The notes under the pieces are model-generated. The model was not told the origin of the DNA and ran no database searches. It saw nothing but the letters and a program-made list of their open reading frames with translations. Below, piece after piece: positions 19,799 through 30,379 of a stretch of DNA of 64,000 bases. The translations under genes were made by a program, and so were the position numbers. Source of the stretch: Gammaproteobacteria bacterium (GTDB lineage: Bacteria; Pseudomonadota; Gammaproteobacteria; Enterobacterales; Neiellaceae); NCBI GenBank assembly GCA_017425245.1, contig JAFOOX010000053.1:84349-148348 (forward strand). The letters are read 5' to 3'. Each line of letters opens with the position of its first letter. Position 1 is the stretch's first letter.

Positions 19799-20715
19799 AC
19801 GCAACTAATTTGAGCCCCCTTGTCAGTGTCTGCATGATTTCCTACAAGCATGAAAAATACATCGCGAGAGCTATAGAGAGTATTCTATCGCAAGAACTAG
19901 AATTCCCAATTGAATTAGTCATTGGAGACGATTGCAGTCCTGATAGCACTTTCGAAATTTGCAGCGCCTATGCCAGCAGAGATTCCCGTATCAAGCTACT
20001 GCCCAGTAGTCGTAATCTTGGTGTGATGAAAAATTTTAGTCGTACCTTGAATGCTTGCACTGGAAAATATGTGGCGGTATGCGAGGGTGATGACTATTGG
20101 ACTGACATGAGAAAGCTATCAAAACAGGTTGAATTCCTAGATAACAATCCTGAGTTTGGTGGGGCCGCTCATCAGTCCAACGTCTTGATTCATGAAAAAG
20201 TGGCTCGCGTCTTTAGAGAAGGTGTTCCTGATGCGATAAGGACGGATCATCTCCTTGGCGGGCGTCTATACCACACTGCATCAATTCTATTTAGGCGTCC
20301 AGCCGTGGAACTCTTTGTAAATTCGCCGTTGGTGCTTTCTTGCGATAGACTGCTAAATTTTTGTGTGTCATTTTTGGGACCAATTCATTTCAATAAGGAT
20401 ATAATGTGCGTATATCGACTTCACGGTGGCGGTATGTCATCTAATGCCACTATCAGCCAGATGAAATTGGATCTTAATTGCGTTGAGTACCTCAAATCGC
20501 TGTGTCCAGATTTTCCAAAGTATCGCTATCTTTCTTATGTATACGCAACGATCGGCCTGTGCAAACAGGCTTCTAATACCCAGAAACTTGGCTATCTTGC
20601 TCTTTCGTTTTTATATTCATTTTCGAATTTCCCTAGGAATATCCACTTCTTTTCCATACATCTCTTTCGTGCGTTAAACATTAAGTTGACCGGTCGATGT
20701 GGAGCTCATCGTTGA
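19795..20715 (+). CDS. Family 2 glycosyltransferase
   Basis: GT2 N-terminus (VSVCMISYKHEKYIARAIESILSQ..IGDDCSPDST) and a DxD motif (CEGDDYW). ATG 19795 overlaps the wzy stop (ATGA). Confidence 0.8.
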   Translation: MNATNLSPLVSVCMISYKHEKYIARAIESILSQELEFPIELVIGDDCSPDSTFEICSAYASRDSRIKLLPSSRNLGVMKNFSRTLNACTGKYVAVCEGDDYWTDMRKLSKQVEFLDNNPEFGGAAHQSNVLIHEKVARVFREGVPDAIRTDHLLGGRLYHTASILFRRPAVELFVNSPLVLSCDRLLNFCVSFLGPIHFNKDIMCVYRLHGGGMSSNATISQMKLDLNCVEYLKSLCPDFPKYRYLSYVYATIGLCKQASNTQKLGYLALSFLYSFSNFPRNIHFFSIHLFRALNIKLTGRCGAHR

Positions 20716-20783
20716 GCCAAGGGCGACGGCTCAAATACTAGGCCGAACCAGCAGCGGTCCAATAATTCGTCGGGAGCATCAAG

Positions 20784-21620
20784 ATGAAACTTACCTACAT
20801 TTGCACTAACTACAACAACTCCGCATTCACTGTTGCTGCGGTGGCTAGTCTGACCAAAAACTATGGCCATGACATTAGCATATACGTCGTGGACAATGCA
20901 TCGTGTCCCGAAGAGGTTGAAATTTTGTACAGGCTTGCTCGCGAAGAGCCAAGAGTCAACGTTATCGCTAGTGCGGAGAACCTTGGCTATTTTGCCGGCC
21001 TTAATCTGGGCTTAAAGGCCGCTTGTATAAATAACATGGAGCTTGGTTGGGTCGTAGCAGGAAACAACGATCTAGAGTTTCCCGCTGATTTTTGCGACCG
21101 CCTAGAGCTCCAGCGAGATGAGTACGCTCGCTATTCAGTCATTTCACCAGATGTTGTCACGCTGGATGGCCAGCACCAAAATCCCCACGTGATTTCGCAT
21201 ATAAGTACTATTCGAGAGATATTTTATGATTTGTACTATTCTAATTACTATTTGGGGTTGCTCATTTATAAGTTGGCAAAAATTTTTCCTCGCATAACCC
21301 GTCGAGGGGATGAGGACCACTGGAGGACTGCTCGTCTGATTGCCCAAGGGCACGGTTCGTGTTATCTGTTGACGCCAAAGTTCTTTTCACATTTTAATGA
21401 ACTGATATCCCCAACATTTATGATGTCTGAAGAGTTCTTCTTGGCCCTCCAGTTAAAGTCTGTAGGTGAGAAGGTGTTCTATTCCCCCCAAATTAGTGTG
21501 ACTCACCATTGGCACGGCTCTTTACAGAATGTGCCGAGCAAACGTCGTTGGCTCATGTCACGCGACGCACATCGGGAGTACCGAAAGCACGTCAATCCGT
21601 TCAAACAGAAGAGCCTCTAA
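20784..21620 (+). CDS. Family 2 glycosyltransferase
   Basis: GT2-like N-terminus (YICTNYNNSAFTVAAVASL..VVDNAS). Confidence 0.7.
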   Translation: MKLTYICTNYNNSAFTVAAVASLTKNYGHDISIYVVDNASCPEEVEILYRLAREEPRVNVIASAENLGYFAGLNLGLKAACINNMELGWVVAGNNDLEFPADFCDRLELQRDEYARYSVISPDVVTLDGQHQNPHVISHISTIREIFYDLYYSNYYLGLLIYKLAKIFPRITRRGDEDHWRTARLIAQGHGSCYLLTPKFFSHFNELISPTFMMSEEFFLALQLKSVGEKVFYSPQISVTHHWHGSLQNVPSKRRWLMSRDAHREYRKHVNPFKQKSL

Positions 21621-21659
21621 GATAGTGGCACCTTGAAAACATTAACTCTGAGATTAAGC

Positions 21660-22790
21660 ATGCGCGAGTACAAAATCTGCACCCAATGCGTTATGGATAC
21701 CTCCGATTCTGCGATTGTGTTCGACGATCGTGGCATTTGCGACCACTGCAATACTTTCCACGCCAAAGTGAAACCTAATTGGCATACTGGCGCACTAGGG
21801 GAGTACGAGTTCCGGAAGCTGGTGAAAAAAATCAAGGCGGCAGGCAAAGACCATGATTTTGATTGTATTATAGGCATGAGTGGGGGTATTGATAGTTCCT
21901 ATCTTACCTATATTGCCACTGAATTCGGCCTGCGCCCTTTAGTTTTCCACGTAGATGCAGGGTGGAACTCCCAGGAAGCGGTAAACAATATCGAAAGGAT
22001 CGTCGACAAGCTCGGTTTGGACCTCTACACTGAGGTGATTGATTGGGCTGAAATGCGTGACTTGCAACTTTCTTTCTTTAAATCTGGGGTGCCGCATATC
22101 GATGCGCCACAAGACCATGCGTTCTTTGCAACGATGTACAAATTCGCCGAGAAACATAAGATCAAGTACATTTTGACAGGGGCAAACCTTTCTACGGAGT
22201 GTATTCGTAATCCAATTGAGTGGATGTACTATCAATCCGACTCGATACAGTTAAAAGACATACATTCTAAGTTTGGTTCGCGCCCGTTGGAAAAATTTCC
22301 GACGACTTCAATTCTTCGTCACAAAATTTGGCTGCCCTACGTTAAGGGTATCAAAGTCGTACGCCCGCTCAACTATGTCGATTACGACAAGGCGGCCGCT
22401 GTGAAATTGCTGGCTGAAAAATTTGGTTGGCAAGCATATCCACAGAAGCACTTTGAATCCCGATTTACCCGGTTTTACGAAGGTTACTGGCTACCAAAAA
22501 AATTTGGTTTCGATACCCGGAAGGTCCAGTTTTCCAGTTTGATCTTGACTGGTCAGATGACCCGCGAAGAAGCACTTGAGAAGCTGAACGCTCCAGCTCT
22601 TGATGAGTCAACTATCCGTCAGGAGTTTGAATACGTAGCTAATAAGCTGTGCATCACAACTGAAGAGTTACAGAGCTACATGGATGCTCCGAACAGAAGC
22701 TACAAGGACTATCGCTCCCAGGAAACCTTTTATTCGCTAGGTGCGCGCTTCATGAAAGCTTTGGGTCTAGAGCTTGGAGGTAAACGTTGA
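21660..22790 (+). CDS. N-acetyl sugar amidotransferase (WbuX/WbpG-like, PP-loop ATP pyrophosphatase fold)
   Basis: N-terminal Cys4 zinc ribbon (CTQCVMDTSD..CDHC) and PP-loop SGGIDSS. It forms the classic trio with the HisH- and HisF-like genes that follow. Confidence 0.8.
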   Translation: MREYKICTQCVMDTSDSAIVFDDRGICDHCNTFHAKVKPNWHTGALGEYEFRKLVKKIKAAGKDHDFDCIIGMSGGIDSSYLTYIATEFGLRPLVFHVDAGWNSQEAVNNIERIVDKLGLDLYTEVIDWAEMRDLQLSFFKSGVPHIDAPQDHAFFATMYKFAEKHKIKYILTGANLSTECIRNPIEWMYYQSDSIQLKDIHSKFGSRPLEKFPTTSILRHKIWLPYVKGIKVVRPLNYVDYDKAAAVKLLAEKFGWQAYPQKHFESRFTRFYEGYWLPKKFGFDTRKVQFSSLILTGQMTREEALEKLNAPALDESTIRQEFEYVANKLCITTEELQSYMDAPNRSYKDYRSQETFYSLGARFMKALGLELGGKR

Positions 22791-23401
22791 TAGCGATCGT
22801 TGATTACGGGCTGGGGAACACGCAAGCGTTCGCCAACATTTATAAGCGTTTAGATATACCTAGTATACTTGCGCGTACGGCCGCAGATCTTGCTAGTGCC
22901 ACTCACATTGTTCTGCCAGGAGTCGGTGCGTTTGATTGGGCGATGGAACGTCTTAATGCATCGGGAATGCGTTCAACACTAGATCGAATAGTGCTTGAAG
23001 ACAAGCGCCCTGTACTTGGCATTTGTGTTGGAATGCAGATGATGGCTCGCAGCAGTGACGAGGGACGTTCTGCCGGCCTTTGCTGGTTTGACGCTGACGT
23101 TCTTCGTTTCGATGAGTCTCGTATCCCGGGCAGAACCCACTTGCCTCATATGGGGTGGAATGATGTAATACCCAAGAATGATGATGGATTGTTTCGAGAA
23201 ATGCGTCATGGTGCTCGCTTTTACTTCCTCCATTCGTATTATTTTTCCCCAAGCGAGCCGTCTGACGTGCTTGCTATCGCTGACTATGGTTACCAGTTTT
23301 GCTGTGCTGTACGCCGGGATAACATACATGGCGTTCAATTTCATCCTGAGAAAAGTCATGGCTGGGGCGTCCAGCTGCTCAAAAATTTCGCTGGACTTTG
23401 A
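22787..23401 (+). CDS. Glutamine amidotransferase HisH-like (WbuY-like); TTG start
   Basis: Class-I GATase catalytic Cys (GICVGMQ) and a His-x-Glu region (HPEKS). It overlaps the preceding stop by 4 bp. Confidence 0.8.
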   Translation: MIAIVDYGLGNTQAFANIYKRLDIPSILARTAADLASATHIVLPGVGAFDWAMERLNASGMRSTLDRIVLEDKRPVLGICVGMQMMARSSDEGRSAGLCWFDADVLRFDESRIPGRTHLPHMGWNDVIPKNDDGLFREMRHGARFYFLHSYYFSPSEPSDVLAIADYGYQFCCAVRRDNIHGVQFHPEKSHGWGVQLLKNFAGL

Positions 23402-23402
23402 T

Positions 23403-24203
23403 ATGCTACGTTCGCGGATTATTCCATGTCTGTTGGTCCACAAAGGTGGGTTATATAAAACGGTAGGCTTCGGGCAACATAAATATGTTGGCGATCCGCT
23501 CAATGCGGTTAGAATTTTCAATGAGAAAGAAGTTGATGAACTCATGATCATTGACATTGATGCCAGTCGCTTTGGCTATGAACCCGATTACAGGCTCATT
23601 GCGAACTTAGCAACCGAATGCCGGATGCCATTATGTTACGGCGGTGGTGTAAGGACTGTTGAGCAGTTTGACCGTATTATTGGTCTCGGTGTTGAAAAGG
23701 TTTCAATCTCGTCGGCTGCAATTGATACTCCTGACTTAGTCAAGCGGGCTGCTCTTCGTGTTGGCAGCCAAAGTGTTGTGGCCGTAATTGATGTAAAGAG
23801 AATCGGGCTGTTCCGCAAGCCTGAGGTGGTTACATTAAATGCAACCAAGCGCACTGGCTTAGATCCTGCTTTATGGGCATCAAAGTTACAGGAATTAGGC
23901 GCTGGCGAGATTGTAATTAACAGTGTGGATAGAGATGGAGAAATGAAAGGTTATGATACAGACTTGATTGAGCAGATTCGCAATGCAACCAGTCTACCGC
24001 TTACAGTACTAGGTGGCGCAGGCTCGCTGAATGATTTACGCAGCCTAATAGAATCCTATGGCATTATAGGTGCAGGAGCGGGTAGTTTGTTCGTGTTCAA
24101 GGGTAAGTATAAAGCGGTTCTGATAAACTATCCTACGCATTCTGAAAAGGATGCGCTATACAAATCACAAAGTAACTCAAACGTGAATGAAATAGGCCAA
24201 TGA
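23403..24203 (+). CDS. Imidazole-glycerol-phosphate-synthase cyclase subunit HisF-like (WbuZ-like)
   Basis: HisF-like TIM-barrel sequence (IIPCLLVHKGG.., ..IINSVDRDGEMKGYD). Confidence 0.8.
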   Translation: MLRSRIIPCLLVHKGGLYKTVGFGQHKYVGDPLNAVRIFNEKEVDELMIIDIDASRFGYEPDYRLIANLATECRMPLCYGGGVRTVEQFDRIIGLGVEKVSISSAAIDTPDLVKRAALRVGSQSVVAVIDVKRIGLFRKPEVVTLNATKRTGLDPALWASKLQELGAGEIVINSVDRDGEMKGYDTDLIEQIRNATSLPLTVLGGAGSLNDLRSLIESYGIIGAGAGSLFVFKGKYKAVLINYPTHSEKDALYKSQSNSNVNEIGQ

Positions 24204-26335
24204 AACAGATTCTTCAAAATCTTAAGACGGGAGCTACAGAAGTGGCAGAATTGCCGGTTCCTAGCGTGCGTAAAGGTCAGTTGCTGATTGCAACGACTCA
24301 AACTCTGGTTTCTGCAGGTACTGAGCGCATGCTTGTTGAATTTGGAAAGGCAAGCTGGTTGGAAAAGTCCCGTCAGCAGCCCGACAAGGTGCGAATGGTC
24401 CTTGATAAGATAAAAACAGACGGTTTAATGCCTACGATCGAGGCAGTTTTCAATAAACTCGATCAGCCGTTACCATTAGGCTATTGTAACGTGGGCCGCA
24501 TTGTTACACTCGGTGACGGTGTATCAGGTTTTAAAATCGGTGAGCGAGTCATTAGTAACGGGAAACACGCTGAAGTAGTCAGCGTTCCGGTTAACCTTTG
24601 TGCACGTGTGCCTGATGCTGTTTCCGACGAAGAGGCGGCTTTTACCGTTCTCTGTGCCATTGCACTTCAAGGTATTCGCCTAGTAGGGCCCACGTTGGGT
24701 GAGACGGTTGCTGTGATAGGACTTGGTCTTATCGGCCTAGTAACCGTTCAGCTTTTGCGCGCGCACGGGTGTCGTGTTCTAGGAATTGATTTCGATCCAG
24801 ATAAGCTCACATTAGCCCGACAGTTTGGTGCAGAAATTGTTGACCTTGCTTCCGGGCAGGATCCAGTAGCAGCGGCGGTTTCTTACTCAAGAGGACGGGG
24901 CGTTGACGCAGTTGTCGTTACCGCCGCAACAAAAAGCAGCGAGCCTATGCATCAGGCTGCCTTAATGTGTCGTAAGCGAGGCCGTATTGTTTTAGTTGGT
25001 GTAACAGGTCTCGAGTTGTCTCGTGCTGATTTCTTTGAGAAGGAGCTGAGCTTCCAGGTATCTTGCTCATACGGGCCCGGACGCTACGATGCTAACTACG
25101 AAGAGAAGGGCCAAGATTATCCGGTTGGTTTCGTGCGTTGGACAGAGCAGCGCAACTTCGAGGCTGTTCTGGATATGATGGCAGATGGCCGTATTGATGT
25201 GAAACCACTGATTTCGCACCGCTTCAGTATCGGTCAAGCCGAGAAAGCTTATGAACTAATCGGCGGTCAAGGCAAGTCTCTCGGCGTCTTATTGGAATAT
25301 CCCGGGCTGGCAATCGATGATAGTGTTCGTACTGTAAAGGTGCTACCAGAGGTTTCAGTCTTCAGCACCACAAATGACGTTCAAGGTATTAGCGTGATCG
25401 GTTCCGGCAGTTATGCTCTGTCGGTGCTTTTGCCAGCCTTTAAGAGGGCTGGAGCGCGGTTTTGTTGTGTCGCCTCGTCAGCTGGTGTCAGTGGCCTTCA
25501 TGCAGCACGCAAATTCGGCTTCAAAGAGACCACCACTGATACGAAAAGACTATTTTCAGATCCTTCAACTAAGGCGATCGTCATTACTACGCGTCACGAC
25601 ACCCATGCGAAGTACGTATTGCAAGCGATTGAAGCCGGTAAGCATGTTTTCGTTGAGAAGCCACTTTGTTTGACCCTTGATGAATTGATTGAGATAGAGT
25701 CCGCGTTAAAGGTCGCTGGGCAGTCCTCAAAAGGCACGTCTGTACCGATACTTATGGTGGGTTTTAATCGTCGTTTTGCGCCTCATGTTCAGCGAATAAA
25801 GCAATTGTTGGTCGGTGCGCCAGGACCGAAATCCTTTATAATGACGGTCAATGCGGGAGCCATACCTGCCGAGCACTGGACTCAGGACTCTGAAATTGGA
25901 GGCGGCCGCATCGTCGGAGAGGCTTGCCACTTCATTGATTTGCTTCGCTTTTTAGCGAACTCCCCAATAGTGGAGTGGAATCGCGTCGATATGAGCTGTC
26001 CCACTGAAGACACAGTAACATTGCAGCTCCGCTTTGCCGATGGCTCGATCGGTACAATTCACTATTTCGCAAATGGTAACAAGGCTTTTCCTAAGGAGCG
26101 TTTAGAGATATTCGTTAATGGCCGTGTTCTTCAGCTGGACAATTTTCGAAAATTGACGGCTTTCGGGTGGCCTGGTTTTTCTAAGCTGAATCTCTGGCGA
26201 CAGGATAAAGGCCAGAGAGCTTGTGTGTTGCAGTTCGTGAAGGCGTTGTCGCAAGATGGAGTAAGCCCGATTCCGCTTAAAGAGTTAATAGAAGTTAGCA
26301 GAACAAGCATAGAAATTGCTGGAGTGAAGCGTTGA
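24200..26335 (+). CDS. Bi-domain oxidoreductase: N-terminal MDR/alcohol-dehydrogenase-like domain plus C-terminal Gfo/Idh/MocA-type NAD-binding domain
   Basis: 711 aa with two Rossmann-type segments (GLGLIGLVTVQL.. and VIGSGSYALSVLL..). This architecture is common in O-antigen loci. Confidence 0.7.
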   Translation: MKQILQNLKTGATEVAELPVPSVRKGQLLIATTQTLVSAGTERMLVEFGKASWLEKSRQQPDKVRMVLDKIKTDGLMPTIEAVFNKLDQPLPLGYCNVGRIVTLGDGVSGFKIGERVISNGKHAEVVSVPVNLCARVPDAVSDEEAAFTVLCAIALQGIRLVGPTLGETVAVIGLGLIGLVTVQLLRAHGCRVLGIDFDPDKLTLARQFGAEIVDLASGQDPVAAAVSYSRGRGVDAVVVTAATKSSEPMHQAALMCRKRGRIVLVGVTGLELSRADFFEKELSFQVSCSYGPGRYDANYEEKGQDYPVGFVRWTEQRNFEAVLDMMADGRIDVKPLISHRFSIGQAEKAYELIGGQGKSLGVLLEYPGLAIDDSVRTVKVLPEVSVFSTTNDVQGISVIGSGSYALSVLLPAFKRAGARFCCVASSAGVSGLHAARKFGFKETTTDTKRLFSDPSTKAIVITTRHDTHAKYVLQAIEAGKHVFVEKPLCLTLDELIEIESALKVAGQSSKGTSVPILMVGFNRRFAPHVQRIKQLLVGAPGPKSFIMTVNAGAIPAEHWTQDSEIGGGRIVGEACHFIDLLRFLANSPIVEWNRVDMSCPTEDTVTLQLRFADGSIGTIHYFANGNKAFPKERLEIFVNGRVLQLDNFRKLTAFGWPGFSKLNLWRQDKGQRACVLQFVKALSQDGVSPIPLKELIEVSRTSIEIAGVKR

Positions 26336-27999
26336 CTTTTCTGCGTGCTGTTCAGTACTTCCATACTGTAAAGTATCTAAAGCCGATACAGTTATACGGC
26401 AGGCTTTGGTTTAGCTTTTATAAGCCTAAGGCCGATCTGTCACCTGCACCGGCTCTCAGAGCTCTTTCGTTAGCTTCTTTCCTATCTCCAGCTCAGCGCC
26501 GACCAAGCATGCTTGGTCCTCGCAAATTTAACTTCTTGAATGAGGAAGGAACTCTTGATTCCGGTTGGGATGATTTAACGCGTACTAAACTCTGGCGCTA
26601 TAATCTCCATTATTTCGATGACCTCAACTCGATTGGAGCGCTGTCCCGCGATGCTTGGCACAAGGTCCTGATTGATGACTGGATAGCACAGAACCTTCCA
26701 GGTGAAGGTACAGGTTGGGAGCCCTACCCAACATCGCTGCGTATTGTGAATTGGATAAAGCGGCATTTAGACGGTCGTTATCTAAGCACGAATCAGTGTC
26801 AAAGCCTCGCAGTACAAGTGCGCTGGTTAATGAAAAGGTTAGAATGGCACCTACTTGGAAACCACCTTTTTGCAAACGCGAAAGCGCTCATCTTCGCGGG
26901 ATTTCTGTTTGACGGACCAGAAGCCAACTGTTGGCTTACTAAAGGTTTGAACATTGTGAGGCTGCAGCTTTCTGAGCAGGTGCTGGCCGATGGGGGGAAT
27001 TTCGAACTTAGCCCTATGTATCATTCGATCTTTCTGGAAGATTTACTGGATTTGATTAATGTTGCCAGCTTATCCTGCGGTCTGATCGACTCTCCAACTA
27101 TTCAATGCTGGCGTGAGACGGCTGAAAAGATGCTTAATTGGATGGCCGCGATGTGCCATCCAGACGGTGAGATTTCATTTTTTAACGATGCTGCGTTTGG
27201 GGTCGCTTCTACGCCTGCAGAACTCAAGGCTTACGCTAGCCGTAATGGCGTAGTAACCAAGGTGCCAGAAGTTGCATTTGAATCGGACAAGCCAGTTGTT
27301 ACGGTCCTGAGCGATAGTGGTTACGTTCGCATGGAAGCCACGGCTGCGGTGGCCTTACTCGATGTAGCACATGTTGGTCCCGCGTATCTCCCTGGTCACG
27401 CACATGCCGATACGCTGTCCTTTGAACTTTCAATTTGGGACCAAAGAGTGGTGGTTAACGGAGGGACGTCCCGATACGGGATTGGTCCCGAGCGATTACG
27501 CGAGCGCAGCACGATCGCGCATAGTACCGTAATGATCAATAATCGCGATTCATCTGAGGTTTGGGGGGGCTTCCGCGTCGCTCGTCGCGCTCGACCTATA
27601 GACTTGATGATATCGCAACATACGGACGAAGTCGTAGTAGCATGCTCTCACGATGGCTATCAGCGCTTGCCAGGAAAGCCTATTCATCGCCGGCAATGGA
27701 ATTTCGGCAGTAATGTTCTAACAGTGACTGACAAAGTAATTGGTATGTTTACATGCGCTGAGGCAAAATATAACTTTCATCCCGACGTTAGAGTTTACTT
27801 ATCTGATGAGAACATGCTGACGCTAGCTCTGCCTACAGGAGAAAAAATACTATTTAGAGTTACAGTTGGTCGGTTGCGTCTAGAATCTTCACGCTATGCG
27901 TGTATGTTCGGCTTCGTTCAGAACACGACGTGTGCTGTTGTATCTACAGCTAGTAGTGAGAACGATGCTACGGCCTGCATTGAATTTGTATGGAAGTAA
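26332..27999 (+). CDS. Heparinase II/III-like family protein (polysaccharide-modifying; function unclear)
   Basis: 555 aa. It follows the bi-domain oxidoreductase and precedes a GT4 gene, a recurrent trio. The family assignment is from memory of that neighbourhood and general similarity. Confidence 0.5.
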   Translation: MTFLRAVQYFHTVKYLKPIQLYGRLWFSFYKPKADLSPAPALRALSLASFLSPAQRRPSMLGPRKFNFLNEEGTLDSGWDDLTRTKLWRYNLHYFDDLNSIGALSRDAWHKVLIDDWIAQNLPGEGTGWEPYPTSLRIVNWIKRHLDGRYLSTNQCQSLAVQVRWLMKRLEWHLLGNHLFANAKALIFAGFLFDGPEANCWLTKGLNIVRLQLSEQVLADGGNFELSPMYHSIFLEDLLDLINVASLSCGLIDSPTIQCWRETAEKMLNWMAAMCHPDGEISFFNDAAFGVASTPAELKAYASRNGVVTKVPEVAFESDKPVVTVLSDSGYVRMEATAAVALLDVAHVGPAYLPGHAHADTLSFELSIWDQRVVVNGGTSRYGIGPERLRERSTIAHSTVMINNRDSSEVWGGFRVARRARPIDLMISQHTDEVVVACSHDGYQRLPGKPIHRRQWNFGSNVLTVTDKVIGMFTCAEAKYNFHPDVRVYLSDENMLTLALPTGEKILFRVTVGRLRLESSRYACMFGFVQNTTCAVVSTASSENDATACIEFVWK

Positions 28000-28000
28000 A

Positions 28001-29227
28001 ATGCACATTCTATTTTTAACTGATAATTTTCCTCCAGAAGTCAACGCTCCGGCTAGTCGAACGTATGAGCATTGTCGTGAGTGGATTAGACAAGGCGCGC
28101 AGGTGACAGTTGTAACGTGTGCTCCTAACTTTCCGTCGGGACGGGTATTCGATGGTTATCGTAACGCATTATGGCAATCAACTTATGTTGATGGTATTCG
28201 AGTAATTAGGGTTTGGTCTTTCATTAGCTCCAATCAGGGATTTTTTAAGCGGATTTTAGACTATCTAAGTTTCATGCTTTCTTCATTGGTGGCGTCACTT
28301 TTCATACGACGTGTCGATGTGGTCGTTGGTACTTCACCACAGTTTTTTACTGCGTGCGCTGCATATTTAGTCGGCTTAATTAAGTGTCGGCCTTGGGTGT
28401 TTGAATTGCGAGATCTTTGGCCGGAATCGATTAAGGCCGTAGGTGCGATGAATGATACTTTTTTGATAAGGTTGCTAGAGAAAGTTGAATTCTATCTTTA
28501 TCGAAAAGCGGATCGCATCGTTGCAGTCACTAGTTCATTTAGAGATTCTCTAATTAGAAGGGGAATAAGTGGCGGCAAAATAGACGTTGTTACCAATGGC
28601 GTTGATATTGAAAAGTATCAGCCATCTCCGAAGGATGTCGTGCTAAATAGAGAACTTGGTTTAGAAGGCTATTTTGTGGCGGGATACATTGGCACTCATG
28701 GTATGGCTCATGGGCTAGAGACTTTACTTGAAGCTGCTGAAATTTTGCAAAAGCGGCCGGATGCGGCTGATGTGCGGTTTTTGTTCATAGGTAATGGCGC
28801 TGAAAAACTCGAACTTGTAAATCGTTCTCAACAGATGAATCTACGCAATGTTTTATTCATCGATTCTGTGGCAAAAACGGAGGTCGCACGCTATTGGTCA
28901 CTGCTAGACGTCTCGGTGATTCATCTACGTAAGAGTGATTTATTCGATGGTGTAATACCATCTAAGCTGTTTGAGTGTATGGGGATGGGGATTCCTGTGT
29001 TGCACGGCGTGCCCGGCGAGAGTTCAGAGATTGTGCTTAAGGCTGGGGTAGGCGAAGTCTTTGAATCCGGTAACTCGCAGGCCTTAGCTGATGCACTTAT
29101 GCGGGTAAAACTGGATCCCGTACGACGCTTGTTATACAGTACACAAGGTCCGGTAGCAGCTCGTACATATAATCGTAACGATCTAGCTCGGTGCATGCTA
29201 GATATAATTGGGACGTTAGCGCATTGA
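28001..29227 (+). CDS. Family 4 glycosyltransferase (WbuB-like)
   Basis: GT4 N-terminus (MHILFLTDNFPPEVNAPASR) and a C-terminal EX7E-like region. ATG 28001 abuts the upstream stop. Confidence 0.8.
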   Translation: MHILFLTDNFPPEVNAPASRTYEHCREWIRQGAQVTVVTCAPNFPSGRVFDGYRNALWQSTYVDGIRVIRVWSFISSNQGFFKRILDYLSFMLSSLVASLFIRRVDVVVGTSPQFFTACAAYLVGLIKCRPWVFELRDLWPESIKAVGAMNDTFLIRLLEKVEFYLYRKADRIVAVTSSFRDSLIRRGISGGKIDVVTNGVDIEKYQPSPKDVVLNRELGLEGYFVAGYIGTHGMAHGLETLLEAAEILQKRPDAADVRFLFIGNGAEKLELVNRSQQMNLRNVLFIDSVAKTEVARYWSLLDVSVIHLRKSDLFDGVIPSKLFECMGMGIPVLHGVPGESSEIVLKAGVGEVFESGNSQALADALMRVKLDPVRRLLYSTQGPVAARTYNRNDLARCMLDIIGTLAH

Positions 29228-29247
29228 TAAACACAAGAATAAAAGTT

Positions 29248-30378
29248 ATGTTGGTCTTTGGCACTCGTCCGGAGGCTATTAAAATGGCGCCACTTTACCA
29301 TGAGTTGCGTCGGCACCCTGAGACATTCGACACCATGGTTTGCGTTACGGCGCAGCATCGTGAGATGTTGGACCAAGTACTTAAGGCCTTGGATGTCAGG
29401 CAAGACATCGATTTAGACTTGATGAAGCCGGGGCAAGATCTGTTCGATATCACTGCTGCGGTACTCGTAGCTATGCGGGGCGTACTGCGCGATTATCGCC
29501 CGGATGTTCTTTTGGTTCATGGCGACACTACTACCTCACTAGCCTCTGCGATGGCCGGCTTTTATGCTGGTGTTCAGGTCGGCCATGTTGAGGCGGGGTT
29601 GCGGACTCATGACGTGCAAGCGCCATTTCCCGAGGAATTTAATAGGCAGGTAACTAGTAAGGTTGCTCGGTGGCATTTTGCTCCGACCGAGACTAGTCGC
29701 AAGAATTTGCTTGATGAAGCTATCGATGATTCGCAGATTTTTGTTACCGGAAATACGGTAATTGATGCACTTTTCTGGGTTTTGCAACGTATTGAACAAG
29801 ATGAGCCGCGACGTCAAAACGTAGAAGAGAATTTAGACAATTGTCTTTCATTAGATTGGCGTAGACAGCGTTTTGTTCTGATCACTGGTCATCGGAGAGA
29901 GAACTTCGGTGAGGGCTTTCAGCAAATCTGCGAGGCGCTGCGAGAACTAGCGCTTGCCTATCCAACCGTTTCGTTTATTTATCCAGTTCACCTAAATCCT
30001 AATGTTCAGAAACCGGTAATAGAGATCTTGGCAGGTATTGAAAACGTGTATCTGATCAAGCCCCTTGATTACGAGCCATTTGTGTATCTACTTAAGCACG
30101 CTTATCTAGTCTTAACCGACAGTGGCGGTATTCAAGAAGAGGCTCCTAGTCTTGGTAAGCCAGTATTGGTGATGCGCGAAGTGACCGAGCGCCCTGAAGC
30201 ACTGCACGCTGGCACGGTGAGGCTCGTAGGGGCCCAAAAGCATCGAATCGTAGCTAACGTTGGTGAGCTAATTGAGAATGCAGCGAGCTATCATGCTATG
30301 ACTCGAGCATTCAACCCGTACGGTGACGGTCAGGCTTGCGCTCGAATTGCGGAAATATTGAAACTAAGTAGGACATGA
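29248..30378 (+). CDS. wecB: UDP-N-acetylglucosamine 2-epimerase (non-hydrolysing; WecB/WbpI/FnlC-like)
   Basis: MLVFGTRPEAIKMAPL N-terminus and epimerase motifs throughout. Confidence 0.9.
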   Translation: MLVFGTRPEAIKMAPLYHELRRHPETFDTMVCVTAQHREMLDQVLKALDVRQDIDLDLMKPGQDLFDITAAVLVAMRGVLRDYRPDVLLVHGDTTTSLASAMAGFYAGVQVGHVEAGLRTHDVQAPFPEEFNRQVTSKVARWHFAPTETSRKNLLDEAIDDSQIFVTGNTVIDALFWVLQRIEQDEPRRQNVEENLDNCLSLDWRRQRFVLITGHRRENFGEGFQQICEALRELALAYPTVSFIYPVHLNPNVQKPVIEILAGIENVYLIKPLDYEPFVYLLKHAYLVLTDSGGIQEEAPSLGKPVLVMREVTERPEALHAGTVRLVGAQKHRIVANVGELIENAASYHAMTRAFNPYGDGQACARIAEILKLSRT

Positions 30379-30379
30379 T